Shown piece after piece: positions 37,740 through 52,345 of a stretch of 64,000 nt of DNA. This DNA comes from Mytilus californianus (lineage: Eukaryota), in assembly GCF_021869535.1 (NCBI RefSeq), contig NW_026262679.1, positions 89,900,001-89,964,000 on the forward strand, written 5' to 3'. How positions within the stretch are numbered: the first letter of the stretch is position 1; each line of letters opens with the position of its first letter. The translations under genes were made by a program, and so were the position numbers. The notes beneath the pieces are model-generated. The model saw nothing but the letters and a program-made list of their open reading frames with translations. It made no database searches and was not told the DNA's origin.

Positions 37740-38350
37740 TAAAAATTGAGAATGGAAATAGGGAAAGTGTCAAAGAGACAACAACCCGACCAAAGAGCAG
37801 AAAACAGCCCACCAATGGGTCTTCAATACAGCCAGAAAATCCCGCACCCGGAGTCGTGCTTCAGCTGGCCTCTAAACAAAAATATGTACTAGTTCAGTAA
37901 TAATGGACGACATACTAAACTCCGAAATATATAACAGAAACTTAAATCAAAAATCATACAAGACTAACAAAGGCCAGAGGCTCCTGACTTGGGACAGGCG
38001 CAAAAATGCGGCGGAGTTAAACATGTTTTTTGAGATCTCAACCCTCCCCTATACCTCTAGCCAATGTAGAAAAAGAAACACACAGCAATACGGACAGTAA
38101 AACTCAATGCAAAAGAAGCCCAAGTCCGATGTCAGAATCGGTAATAAAAGAAAGTAAACAAAATGACAATGATACATAAATTAACAAAGGACTACTAGCA
38201 GTTACTGACATGCCAGCTCCAGACCTCAATTAAACTGATTGAAAGATTATGTCTTCATCATATGAATATCAAGCACAATCCCTCCTGTTAGGGGTTTAGT
38301 ATCATACCCTCATAAAATATATGAGAAGAACATAACCCGTATCATGCCAA
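37740..38350 (+). repeat. Interspersed repeat family A, second copy
   Basis: Collinear with 34256-34870. Confidence 0.9.
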
Positions 38351-39013
38351 TGTCTTTATGATCAGAGAAATCAGTTTTTGCAATAAAAACTCCCACTTCT
38401 AGTATGCCGTTTGCATGAACGCTTACCTAATGATTAGATACACAAGTCAGATTGTGTTAATGCAATTTTGAATTTCAATTCGTTAAAAGAATTGCATTCA
38501 TATGGTTTCAATGATACCACATCTTCCTTATTTTTATATCAATGTTGCTTTTTTTTAAAAATTTAAACGTATATCTTTACTACTAAAATAACGAATCCAA
38601 TTTGTTAGCCGGTATGACGTAAAAACGAAGAATCAAAGAATTCAACTTTATATGTAAATAATATAATACAATGGTGTAGATTAAAAATTACACCATTCCA
38701 GGCCCTTTAATTTTCCACATAATTAATAGTACAAATAATTAACAAGTTCCGGGTCGAATCCGATACCGATACCAATAGTATATACCACATGTAGTTTCCA
38801 GTTGTAGTTTGTATGTATGTTATGTATCTTCCTCTTTTAATAGGAGCACCTTCATGGGTTATGGTGTTAAGGAGGACATTAAACACACAGTATCGGTACA
38901 GGTTTAATGTGAGCATTTGCCTACCCTGTTTCACAACCTTGCCAGCTCTTACTAACAGAAAATTAACCTTCCCCAATAGAATAAGTGCAATGCACTAAAA
39001 AAAGAACACTCAC

Positions 39014-39134
39014 CTGAATCGCTCATCCTCAAAATATAAAAAAAGAAAAATATAAAAACAAGTAAGAAAACCAGAAAGGGTTCAAACAGAAGGATTTTGA
39101 AAGCAGAGAAAACTGCGCATCTTACAATCAGCAT
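39014..39134 (-). CDS. Candidate signal-anchor exon (MLIVRCAVFSAFKILLFEPFLVFLLVFIFFFFYILRMSDS-G), partner exon uncertain
   Basis: ATG at 39134, hydrophobic stretch, strong donor CAG|GTGAGT in phase 1. It fits a weaker phase-1 AAG acceptor at 36130 of the GT31 ORF, but not the strong phase-2 acceptor at 36183. Confidence 0.3.
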
Positions 39135-42100
39135 GACTTTATCAGATGACAATACGAATACTAAAATTTACTAAAATTAAGCGTAGGTACTTAAATTCAG
39201 TCACGGATCCGATACGTTCTAGTTCGTATAAAAAACACCAGCTATGGCATGCAAACTTTTCATATACTAAAAATATCGATAAAATAAGGGCTGTTTGCCA
39301 TATATATAACGATAAAACATTTCAGGTTAAGATATTGTTACGTCCCGGCGATTTGAGTTTAAATTACTTTTATTGTCGTTTCAACTAGTGCAAATAAGAG
39401 AGTTGTTTTTATATATCACTGTCATCTCCGTTCCACACTTGGTACATGCAGATGTCCGTTGTTGCGTTATGTGTTTACAAAATGAATAGTTTACCTGGAC
39501 CTAACATTTTTAAATGACTTCGTTAAATCCATGTTTTGACTTAATTTATGAGTGTTATTGTTCGTTTTTGTATTTGCTTATATTAACTTTCATTGTAACA
39601 CGCCAAACGTTACGTAACCTCCATACGGTTAGCAGTATATTTCAAACTGTGATTTGCTATACCACGCAAAATTACTTAGTGATAATACTTCATATATATA
39701 TAGAATCGATACATTTGTAACTTAACAAAGTCAAAATGCTGAGGTACTGTTTGTTCGGGTAAATAGTAAAACAATGCAGCGAGTATGCCGAGTATCATAA
39801 TGCAGTACACAAAGTAGATTTCCCTGCACCAATTATGCAGAGTATTATACTAGAATGTAGTGTCCCAAATAGATTTTCTTGTACCGAGTGCTGGCAAAAT
39901 CGTTTTATCTAACTAGGTGCAAGTAATGCACATATCTGTTATAAACATATTTTAAAATGTATTCTATTTAATGTCGTATGTTTTGCAAAACCATTACATT
40001 TTTTGTATTGAATATTACTGAAGCAAATAATAATCCAATTTGTGAACTTCCATTATGATTTTTATTATTACTTCCTTCACTGGAACGCCACATAAATAAC
40101 GCCTGGAATCCTGACTTGAAAACCCCTGAACGTTATTACACTTGCTCTATAGAAGATACGATTAAAAAAATAATATATGTAAACACCGGTCAAAAAAAGT
40201 AAAATAACAAAAATACCGAACTCGGAGGAAAATTCTAAACGAAAAGTCCCTTAGCAATTGGCAAAATCAAAAGCTCAAACACATCAAACGAATGGATAAC
40301 AACTGTTATATTCCTGACTTAGTAATGGCTTCTTACTTGTATGACAGTCTCATAAAATTCCATTGTATAAAATTATAGATCACAAAACTATTCATTTAAT
40401 TTACCTAATAGCCATTTCCAATGAACTATTGAAAGTTCAGCTTATAAATGGAGTTGTGATTAAATTTTATCTATTTGTTCTTAAAAATACTAACATATGT
40501 TACTAAATGTACGTAACCAGATTCACTTAGTAATATCTTAACTAATTTGTTAATATCTAAAGTAAAACTGAAGATTGCAAGATGAGTGACTTTGTAATGC
40601 ATTATATAAGCTTAGTGCATATATATCGCTTACTTTATAAGTAGGTGGGTGTTTAATTGAATATCGTTTTGAAATCTTACTGCAATTTATGATTTAAATT
40701 TTGCAAATTGTAATAACAGTGTCATAGATAATAATAAAAAAAAAATATACAGAAACTATCATAGAAACGTCACCAATTTCTATTCAAACAGTCATTTTAT
40801 AAAACTTAGTGAAAATAGTTATGAAATTTACGTGTACAAGAACTGCACTAGTTCATTGTAAAATAAATGTGGCTTACACCAAAATTGTTCACGAGTATTA
40901 CAAAACAGACACACGGTTACCGATACATATATGTCATATGGACTCTAGTGGACAGTTGTCTCATTGGCAATCATACAACATCTTCTAATTTAATGTCAGC
41001 GATATAACAAAATGTTGCCAGAGTGCTCAAGAAATATCCAATATCATGACAAAATAGCTAAAATGTTGTTCAACATTCATAACTGCTCCATTAAAGTTGC
41101 ATGATTTACTTCTACTTAAACAAGTAACATTAACAGTAATATGGTATTGCAATTAGTGACGACAAAATTTCTGAAACGAACAATGTTTTAAAATTTCTAT
41201 GAGAGTTTTCTTTTGAAAGAAACGTTGTCATTATAACAGAACTAGTTGAAAGGTTGGTCTTGTATTAGTATCTTATTTTCAAGCCTGTTAAAGAGTTGAC
41301 TTGTAATGCACTTCTTTCTATTAGTATAGTATAATACTTAATTAGTTTTTGATTACTTCTTCGGTGTTTAAAATTCAAATTTGAAGGTCAATATCGATAC
41401 ACTTATTATATGACCTATTACTTTTTTAATAAATTGAAAACATAAAACAGACCGTCGTCGTAATTTTTGCGGTTAAAGTAAAACAAACAATGTTTGAATG
41501 AAGACTTTTTTTTTATTAATTTCAGTACTATACAGATAATGCTAAACTTACAGTTTAAATGGGAAATTCCTCACTCTAAAATAGATTCGTCTATTACACA
41601 ATCTTACCACCATTTCGATAACTTGTCAATGTAATGTCTTAAAAATAAGATCCTTGGTGAGCTGAAATATATCAAAATAGACATGGTGTCTTCCAATATT
41701 AATGATAAATGTAGAAATGTATTTAGATTAGTTAAAATATGATATCATTTTACCCTTCAAAAGATATTGAAATCATCATTTAGAAAACATGAAAAAGACA
41801 TTTCCACCATTGAAAACTGCTAATAAAACGTTATGGTGTAAAGGTGTATGGTATATAGCGCATGGTGTATGGTGTATGGTTCATTGGAAATAGTTTCTTT
41901 TTAATCGGGAAATGTGTGAATGAATGATGTGGAACATTTGATTTGATGAAACTTGTCGTTCTCTTCTCTTTTAATTTACAAATTCTATAAAAAAGAACAT
42001 GGCGATAGCGATATGAGAATATGTTATCGATTAGGAAAATAAATATTGTTTATCATTGTGATATTTTTCTCAATCATTCAAACCATTGAGCTCTTGGCAT

Positions 42101-42472
42101 GTGGGTTCAATAGAAATTGACATAGGACCCACTTTAATTGATAAACTGATACTTTTAGGTTAATGGTTTACTATTACAATAACATTTTTACTTTTTTATA
42201 AAATTTTAGGTAAACCAGTAAAGAACTTTTCAGCCTTTTAAATCCTTTGCATAGCAAATTTTCAACCATTTACATTTGTTGCGATAGATTGTGGAAATAT
42301 TAAAGACATTTTCAGCCTTTGTATTCATCTGCGATGCTTGTTGATACTGAGTAATGCTAATTAAAGTAAAAGCTTTTCTGAGGTAAACCATTCTTATGTT
42401 CCAGACTACCCGTTTGAAATATAACTTTTTAAATATAATCGGAATTAAGCAGTGAAAATTTGGTCTTCTTAA

Positions 42473-42745
42473 TGTACTTCGGTACTGACATGATTTATAA
42501 CAAACCTTTCTAAAATTGTCTGTTAATAAATTTTGAAATTTGAGGTTTCAACTACTTCAGGCAAAATTGATCTTAGACAATTTTGGCTATATATTTTTAA
42601 GTCCTGTATGGTTATATAACTCCTCAACTGTTTAGGTCATTATACATTATTGACTTTCAAAACTTCGGCTTTGAGCGTTTCCGGGGAAGGTTAATCCAAA
42701 AAAGCGGTTCGGACGCATGACATTTATAACGTGTTGTTTTCATTT
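42473..42745 (+). mobile_element. Retrozyme-like family 3 relic with a degenerate hammerhead at about 42675-42717
   Basis: GTACTTCGGTACTGACATGA hairpin; GCGTTT-CCGGGGA-AGGGTTAATCCA-AAAAAGCGGTTC-GGACGC retains stem I (GCGTT/GGACGC) and the hammerhead layout. Confidence 0.5.
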
Positions 42746-45700
42746 ATTAATGGCTTATTTTATACGGAGTGGCTTTTTGTCCGGCTAGTTGGAGGAATAG
42801 TGCCAGGACTATGCCCGGCAATGGCAATGCGCATGTCACTTTGTTATATGTGCGTGCGTGCGATTGGGTATTATTATCTTCAGAAGTACATTGGTCGCGT
42901 GTAATCCGATCAATGATGTCGAGGTAATTTCTGAAAATGGCAGTATCAATGCCAATATAAGAAATGGAAGCACGATAACAGATGCTCGCATAAAAGCCAC
43001 AGTATTAATATACATGATAGAAAAAATAGTTTTGTTGTTTTATTTGTTGTTGTGCATGTATATCAAGCTATAGAAAACCTTTAACTCTTGATCTTTAGAA
43101 CTCAAAAAGTGATGTGTATAAGGCTTTTGTCAAAACTCAAACTTGCAAATAAGTCATTGATTGATGCCCAACTATCTGAGGAAATTTCAACAATTATATT
43201 CACTTTCTTTACGTTTGTTGGCCATTGTTAACATAAGTTAAATGATCTCTTTTTAGAGCAGTCACGTCCCCTCCTTCCTGGCTTACAAGTAGCTTCCTAG
43301 TCAGATTAACGACATTACTCCTCACGAATCTGTACAATCTAGGTTTCACAACGATTACCGGACACCATAGAGTGCTTAACAAAGCTAGAGCGGCGGAAAG
43401 TTTTTTGTGTGTGGATTTGACAAATGACAGCTCTGAAAAGCAGTCGTTGGGAACAGCTTTGGCTTTTGCAGATCCCGACTTCTATCCAAAATGAATGAGC
43501 AACAATTAGTTCTTCGGTACCTTGTATGATTACTTAGTATTCAAATATACATTGATATTTTTAAGCAAAGCCAACACTCATTCATTGAAGTTAAAGATGG
43601 GTGTGCTATGCAGCTAGCTATAATTTTTGCTATTTGTTTTATGAAAATATATTATTTGGTCAATAGAATAAAACTTTATATCAATGTTGACGCTGCGTTG
43701 GAGTCGACCCCCCCCCCCCCCCCCCTGCGAACAACCAACATGTGTGGACAAATGTGCTTCGCGGCCCCTGATTCATTGTCATAAAGTTGCATCCCTGAAA
43801 AAAAACCAGTATGCTACGCCACTGCACAGTTATTATAGAACAATACATGCAAATTGAAAAGATCTAAATCTGTTATTTCGAAATAAAATTTTCAGTGTAG
43901 TTTACTATTTTTGGAACAAATTATATCAAACTTATGAAAAAGTCAACCAGTCCTATCTCATAATATGGATATTCTGATGTCAATGAGGACTATTTATTGC
44001 TGCAATTCTGTTTCAGCTTCAGAAATGATGATTTTTTGCCTTATTTAGCAGGACCAAATCAATATTTTTTCCTGATACAAAATACTTTAGTTCCGAGATA
44101 GTCCGTTTTACCATTGGTGATTATATTTTACACACAAACGTCACGTGAAAACGTCAGATATCTATGCATTGTTGGAACTGATTAGGGTGAGGGGTAAACT
44201 AGACCTACGTGGTTGGCTTTTCAATTGGAAATCTATTTAAATCATTACATTAAAAAATGTCACGTGATACGAATTTTCATTGCTCTCGCGTATTCATGAT
44301 CTATTTTTTTTGTATGTAATTTCAACCCACCCCACCCCTTTCATACTATGTTATGTCTTTAAAAATGTTAATGAATATATTGGAAAATATTTGAAAAAAA
44401 TGGGAAATTATACTGTTCACATTTGACTATATTTGCAGAGGACAATAACTGTTTCCCCAGACCTAATAAAATAGAAAAGCTTGACCAATTTCAATACAAC
44501 TTGACATGACAAAAGATTATGGAATGATCAAACAAGTTGCATGCTTGGCCTTAGGATATATTTTATAGACAATATAGCCATTTTTATATTTGAACTTTGG
44601 GTGTTTATTTTTTCTGTCAAATTGATAATTTCAACAATCAAGATGTGACCCGCAACAATGTTAGTTGAATATTGTAACAACAATGCTTTTAGAATGCCCT
44701 TATTTATAATGTAGCATGTATATAAAGGAACTGAACACTAATTTGCTGTATCAGATTTGTTACAACTAATCGAAAGTCAAATTTAGATGAGACTGTGTCT
44801 GAAAATATAGTATGGTCTGATACAAATTTTTGTTATCTTTGAGGTTAAAAATGTGCATGTAATGTTAAAATCAACAAGCATACATTTCAACTTCTTACTA
44901 TCCTATAAAAGAAAATCGTAATTGTAGTAGTTATTTTACTTCATAAAATGTTAACAATCATACTCATTTGATTTCACATTTTTGCCTGTGGTCAAGGATT
45001 CGCAATAATAAATTCCCATATTAATTTCTAAAAGTACAGTAGTATATGAAAGGACACATGTACATGAGTCACAATTTGTAAACAATTTGTAAAAAATAAA
45101 CCACTATAGGTAAAAGTACGGCCTTCGACACGGAGCATTGGCTCACACCGAACAGCAAGCTATAAAAGGCCCCAAAAATGACTAGTGTAAAACCATTTAA
45201 ACAGGAAAACCAACAGTCTAATCTATATAAAAAACGAGAAACGAGAAACACTAATGAACCACATCAACAAACGACAACCACTGAATAAAATGTTCCTAAC
45301 TTAGGACAGCTGTAAACAAATGAAGCGAATTTAAACGTTTTAACAGGCGCCAACCTTCACCCTAACCTGAATCAGCAGTCTAACATCACAACATAGAAAG
45401 ACACACTATAAAATATTTTAAAACAAAATTAATATCTAATATTATCTTCAAACAGACCATTAAAGGGTAATAAATTTGTTTATTATTTTAACCGATCTAT
45501 GCCGGTCAAATATTTTCAGCCTTGATAATCTGTTCTGGTACTTCTTTGGCTAATATATGCTAAAAGTAATAAAAAACACATATTTTGCTTAAAGCAAATT
45601 ATTTCTAGGTTTCACAAATATTAATTTGTTATTGCATTATTAGTCCATTATTTAAAATAAAACAGATTAATATCATCTTTTTTTATGGTTTGTTTTAAAA

Positions 45701-46959
45701 CAGATTACTCTAGGACAATAAAACTTTTCAGTTTTCATGTCGATCAAGTATTTGAAATGACTTTCAGATGAGTCAGTTAATTGCAAATCAATATCAGCGA
45801 CTTGAATATTTAAATGTTTTAAATATTTTCTCGAACATACCATTTTAGGGTAATAACACTACTAATTTGAATGCAGTTCAGTGTCTGTCAAATATTTACA
45901 ATCAGATTATAAAACTTCCAGCCTTTATGATCTGTTGCTATATATTTTTATATAATTAAACGTTTTGCTAAAGCAAACCATTTTTAGGTATCAAAACTAC
46001 ATTAGTGCTTAGGGGAATGATGTATCGAGAATGATGAATAATGTATGTTGTAATGGTGTACGATGTAAATGGTCCACACCATCCGATATGTTCTTGATGT
46101 TAATCGATTTGATAGTATTAGGTTTACAATGTGTTGGATCACACAGGTCTCATTTAATCTGCACGACATAAACATCGATGATATTTTATTTCCTGGACAC
46201 ATCTTCTTTTAATAAAATTTTGAAATCGTATCACGAGTAATGCCTTCTCTATCTAACATTCGAGATCGATTTTTTGCTTTGTTTGATTGTAGATATTTGC
46301 AAGAATAAAGGACACAGGCCTGTCATCTTATTGGAAGCATCTTACCTTATTAGCATCCAATGGTAAAATATTAAATGAATATTTAGATCCCTTCAGAAAT
46401 TAACATGTTAGGTAAGTCCACAGTGCTGAAGGGCGGGAAATTCGAACTGCCACTTCAGAAATTAGGTTTTAAAGTATATCAAATAGGTGCATACATTTGG
46501 TCGTGTAAAACATTACCTACAGACCCATAATAAAAATGCTGCTATCGTTCTAAAGGGGCGCTATCCCTACACGAGGTGCAGCGTATCTATACATATATTC
46601 ATGTCGTGGGATGAACATTTTTCTATTCCACAGTCAAACATTTAGTTTCCTTCATCTGATTTCTTTTTTTTATCGTCCACTGTATAGTATTTTATGTTGT
46701 ATCTTAATCCTATCAAAAATGTGTTCCAATCATTTTTATATGTAAACCACAACATCGATATAAAACTTCTAAGGGCAACAACTTACAAACCTTTTGACTT
46801 TGATAGGTACATAAACATTACCATTTTGATTAAAAGATTTACAAAAAGATGTATAAAAGAACATGTAGTGAAAATCAAATCAGAAAAAAAAACCTTTATA
46901 TTAAATGAATAAAATATATAGATTACAAAGACACAGGCATATCCTTTTTAATACTATTT

Positions 46960-47290
46960 GAAACAACATATCAATTTTATTTGTCCGAAGCGCTTCCTGG
47001 ATTAACATTCATAAGAAGCGCTCAAAGCCAAATATTTGAAAGGCAAGGATGTACAAGAACCGAAATATTTTGAGAGCTGTATGACCAAAATGGAACAAAA
47101 AAATACTAGCCAAATGCATTATGTATATATAAAGTAAATTTTTCCTTCAGAAGTTGAAACCTTAGTTTCTAAGTAATCGTACAATTTAAGAAAGGTCTGT
47201 TATAAATCATGTTAAATTATACAATATAAAAGAATGTTTGTAGTTACTGAAGAGAAGCTCGAGGAAATCAGTCTTTTCGTATGAAATTAT
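46960..47290 (-). mobile_element. Retrozyme-like family 3 relic; degenerate hammerhead at 46983-47024
   Basis: Reverse complement GAGCGCTTCTTATGAATGTTAATCCAGGAAGCGCTTCGGAC (palindrome AAGCGCTT then C); ACATGATTTATAACAGACCTTT matches the 42489 and 51789 copies. Confidence 0.5.
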
Positions 47291-47714
47291 GATGTCCTGC
47301 ACTAATTATCTAATATATCGGCGTTTAACAACTTTCAAAATTCAATACAGCAATATCATGAACAGTACATGAATTTTTTTTTTTGAAAAATCAGGGTAAA
47401 AAAGTATATAAAAAATACAAAATTTCAACGTAAATTCAAAAAGTGGAAGTCCAAAAAAATTAACAAAATCAAACGTTTTCAACCAACTTTGCAAATAACT
47501 GTACTGCTATTTTTTTTATCAAATGTTTGATAAAGATTAATACATACCTATAAACTCGTACAATGGAATTCATGGAAATGTATGAAAATATTCTTAAATA
47601 ACCTTTTTTTCACAAGATCTATTGTCTATGTAGTTAAGTTTATTGATTAATGTTCATTTTTTTATTCACTTTAAACATTTTGGAATTTGTTTTTATCTTT
47701 TCCGCATCAATAGT

Positions 47715-48390
47715 TTTTTTGTTACATCTCATATATTCCAGTGAACTTGAAATTAAGGATTCTTCTGATACTAGAAGAACTGCTTCATACGTTGATCTTT
47801 CTTCAATATTGACACAGATGGACGACTTCGCACTAAAATCTATGACAAACGGGATGATTACATCTTCCCAATTATCAATTTCCAATTTCTCAGCAGTAAA
47901 ATACCCTCTGCTCCGTCGTATGATGTTTACATATCTCAATTAATACGTAATGCTCCTGCATGTTCATACTATACGAACTTCATATACAGGAGTGTGCTCC
48001 TTACACAGAAACTGCTCCTTACGCTTATGAGGAGGAAAGATTAAAAATTGCACTCTGTAAATGTTATGGACACCATCACGAGTTGGTTGATCTATACCAT
48101 GTGTCTATGTCTGAACTTACTAACGACATTTTTACCACGTCTTAGAATGTGATTTACAATATACGTCGTCTGGTCTGCTAAGTACCAAGCGTGACCTGTT
48201 CCCGAATATGATTGTTCTGCCGAGTGGAATTCGCATTGCTATACAACGTGTCTCGGTATTTATACATCCAACATTCATGTATTTAGTTATGATGCTTCTT
48301 TTGTAAGTCTGGTTTGATATTGTGTTGTGTCTTATTGTTTGTGGTTTGAATTCTATATTTTCGATACATTTCACATATGTTTTATTTGTC
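47715..48390 (+). mobile_element. Decayed Penelope-like RT C-terminal fragment with 3' tail
   Basis: YSSELEIKDSSDTRRTASYVDL, frameshifted IYDKRDDYIFPIINFQF, APAYVHT, KCYGHHHELVDLYHVSMSELT. Confidence 0.7.
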
Positions 48391-51300
48391 AGTATAGTCG
48401 AGTTACTCGTGGTTCGTCTACAGTGTTTTTGTTTTATGTTGTTTGTTTTCAAGTGTGTTTACTGTTTGGTCTTACATATTCTTACCTTACATTACAGTTA
48501 TTTTATTTTTATTTTCTATATGTATGTTGAAGTTAGAATATTTCATTTATATTATTTTTAGTTTAAAGCAACTATATGCACAGGATTTGTTTTGTTTTTA
48601 CTTTTGATTTCGAAGAAAAACCGACATGGTTAGTAAATACAAATTGAACAGCATTACAAACACAATTCCATTTAAATATTCGTGTCATGGTTAGACAATA
48701 CATAGAATAACACCATTACAAACTCAATCCGAATTTAATATTCTTGTACGTGTCTACAACAAAACAAATCGATTCTATTTTTAGAAATTTACCTGTGATA
48801 GTATAAACGTCACAAAAAATACGTCACTTTTTGTGGCGTTGATACTTTTGTGTGACGCACAGTTTATAATTCGTTTGAAGTGTCCTGGTGTGCTGTCGTA
48901 AATTCATGGGTGATGTCCGTTGTTATTCCGGGGTTTACATGTTGTAATGTACTATTAATGTACTATGTATCTGTCGATACATTTATTTTTGGCATTGCAC
49001 TAGTCATGTCTTCTTTGACTGTCCATGACGTTAAAATACTAAATCCCTGGGATGTGTTTTAGTTGATTTTAGTCTCTGATGCATGATTTTTTATTATTAA
49101 TTGTTTTGGCTTTTAACTAGCTGTCAGTAACTGCGAGTACTCTCAAATCGTACTTTCTTGTTTATTTGACCTGTTGATACTAATTGTAATGCTTTTTTGT
49201 TATTTAATGTTATTCAGGGTTATATCTGGTCTATATACCAGCTTTTATAAATGTTTGGTATTACTATAAATTTTCACTTCGTACTATGAACATCAAAATT
49301 ATTTATTTTGTAAAAATATTTCCTTTCTCTATTGGAACTGCATACGTATACCTAACAACAAAATTATTTTCATTTACCTGTGTTTAAAGTTATTGCAAAC
49401 GGCTGATATTTTTGTTCGAGCAGATTGTTTTTCTTTAATTGTTTAACATTTCATACCGATATAACATGTTACTTTTATTATTCTTCCCTTAGTTTATTTA
49501 TTTTGTATTTACATTGTATCATAGGTCAAATTTATTTGTTCAGTGTATGTTCAATGGTGTTAATATGTCCTTTGATTGAGTTAAGCTATTTCAGTTGATA
49601 TTTTATAGTGTGTCTTTCTATGTTGTGATGTTACACTATTGTTTCAGAAAAAGGGTGAAGGTTTGGTACCATTAAAACGTTTAAACCCGCTGCATTTGTT
49701 TGCACCTGTCCTAAGTCAGGAATCTGATGTTCAGTAGTTGTCGTTTGTTGATGTGGTTCATAAGTGTTTCTCGTTTCTCGTTTTTTATATAGATTAGACC
49801 GTTGGTTTTCCCGTTTGAATGGTTTTACACTAGTAATTTTGGGGGCCCTTTATAGCTTACTGTTCGGTGTGAGCCAAGGCTCCGTGTTGAAGACCGTACT
49901 GTGACCTATAATGGTTTACTTTTATAAATTTTGACTTGGATGGAGAGTTGTCTCATTGGCACTCATACCACATCTTCTTATATCTATTATATTATTCATT
50001 TTTGTATTTCTCGTCCTAAGTGTTCTTACGTTTATTTGTTATGTATTCCTGTCATGTAATGTTGTTATGTTGTTTCTACATTGTCATATAAGCCGAAGGT
50101 TTGGCTAGCAATAACACCAGGTTCAACCCATCATTTTTTCTTAAAATGTCCTGTACCAAGTCAGAAATATGGCAGGTGTTATCAAATAGTCCGTTTCTAT
50201 GTATGTTGGCGTTTGTTTTTGTTGCAGTACAGTGTTTCTGTTGTTCCGTTGTTTTCCTTATACAGTTGATGTGTTTCCCTCGGTTTTGGTTTGTGACCCG
50301 GATTTGTTTTCGCTTAATCGATTTTTGACCAGCGGAATACTCACGGTAGGTATAGTGTAAGGCTTGGATCGGGGCTCATCGAGTAATTTGATCGGGTTTT
50401 TTCAAGTGTGACTACTTTATTGGATTGAATATGATCAAACATGTAAACAAACAGACTTCCTTTCTGGTAAAACGTGAAAAAAAGATACTAGGACCTTATA
50501 TACAAGATCAAGGAAGGTAAATAAGTAGTTTTGATAAAAAGATGTTATCAACCCTCAATTATTTGGTCCTAAAAAAAAAGAGTTTAATATTGCCTTACAA
50601 TGCTTTATTCCAAAAAATAGAATAAAACCATTCTTATACATATACCAATGCAAATTTCAAATGAAATGTGCATATGGAATATATGTATACTTAGATTTAC
50701 AGACACTTTACAAAAATTCTTGTTTTTGCATTGAAAAGGGCATTTTGGAGAGTGAATTCATTTTTGTAAGTCCGTGTTTTTTCGAGAGCAGTCTGTGTTT
50801 TTTCCAGTGTGTCCTTGTTTTATCGAGAGAAAAAACAAAATTCCTATGGCTTAAAATTGAATATGTCAGTGCATTTACATTTAAAAAACATTGAAAAGCT
50901 TTAAATAAAGTACTTTTCAAAGCACGAAACAATTCATTAAACCAGTTCGGAGCACCCGTGTCACACGGTAGTAAAATCTAAAAAACCTTATCTTTAAAAT
51001 ATTAAAATTAGCATTAATATAAAGGAAAAGGTGGTGAGGGGATATATTTACAGCATGTCATTATCTATCTTTTTAGTATACGTAAGACAGACATTAGCTA
51101 TGGTAAGATATTTTAAAAATTATAAAACGATGCTAAAAAAAAAAAAATAAGTAAAATTTGTGCTTAACAATTTGCAGTGTTTAACTTATTTTATTTGTGG
51201 AAAATTTGAAAATTTGATTATTTGGGGAATATTGGAGAATATTTTTTCTTCACTTTAATTTTTTGTGGTTTTTTTTTTTGACAAAAATTTCATTTTATCT

Positions 51301-51742
51301 TTTTTTTTTAATCTATTTTTTTTTTTTTTTCTAAAACCTTATTTGTCATAATTTTGGCAAACATTTTTTTGTGTGGAAATTTTGGCATATTTTTTTATCC
51401 CCTGGTGAATTAGGGTGGGTCGTTTTTTACACCTGGGTAATTAACCAATCAGATTGCAAGATTCTTGCTTCATAAGAAATAATGTTTTATCGTTCTAGAA
51501 ATGGAAATAGAGAACAATGTTCAATTGCTCCTACTGTCAAGAGGAGTCTGATCAAGAGTATGTTATGCTTGGTCACACAGTAATAAAGCACCAGCATAGG
51601 TAAAAAATTGACAATGTATATTTGTGAGGTGAACACATATTATATACACATTTATTCTTTTTTATTATTATTATATATTCAAAAGGAATGTATTGAAGCT
51701 TACAGATTATTTATTTCGTAGTTTATTGAATACATCGCACAA

Positions 51743-52345
51743 GTCCCCAAGTTTATCATCAGCTCAGTAATCAATACTTCGGTATCGACATGATTTATAA
51801 CAAACCTTTCTAAAATTATTTCCCTCCGAATAGAAATATGGTCATTTAAGTCTTCTTCCGACCGACCTTTGCCAAAATGGGACGTCCGTTTGCCTATTTG
51901 GCATGTTCAAGTACGCAACCACGTCCGGTCAGAATGGGGCGTGTAGAAAGAGTGCTACGCTCATCCCACGTTGAGAACCCTTGCAACAGCTCTTTGAAGG
52001 GTCCGTAGGTGGCCTGTTGCAAAGCAACATTTCTGTCAATATTCAACATACTTTCAGTGGCAGTCTTAATTTCCCGACCTTTATCCCGAACGTCCTCTAT
52101 TACAGGACATACTTATTCGATTTATCTTTTATTTGTTCTAGTCCTGAATATGCACGACACATTTGCCACTGAACGTAAAACAACCAACAATGATTCATTT
52201 AGAATTGTCCGTTAATAAATTTAAAATCATAAAGAGGCTAAGATTTCAACTCCATCGGGCAAAGTTACCCTTAGATGGATTTGTCTATATTTTAAGTCCT
52301 TTTGGTCATATTGCATAAAATTATAATGTGTTGTTTTCATTTTTT
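51743..52345 (+). mobile_element. Retrozyme-like family 3 copy split by a about 370-bp GC-richer insertion (about 51828-52200); hammerhead segment deleted
   Basis: 51743-51820 matches the conserved structured domain; 52202-52345 matches 42516-42745 but skips the hammerhead-bearing segment. Confidence 0.6.

Noticed and set aside
47640-48145. ORFs 47650-47943, 47640-47939 and 47960-48145 as genes
   Set aside because: Frameshifted pieces or antisense of a Penelope-like RT relic.
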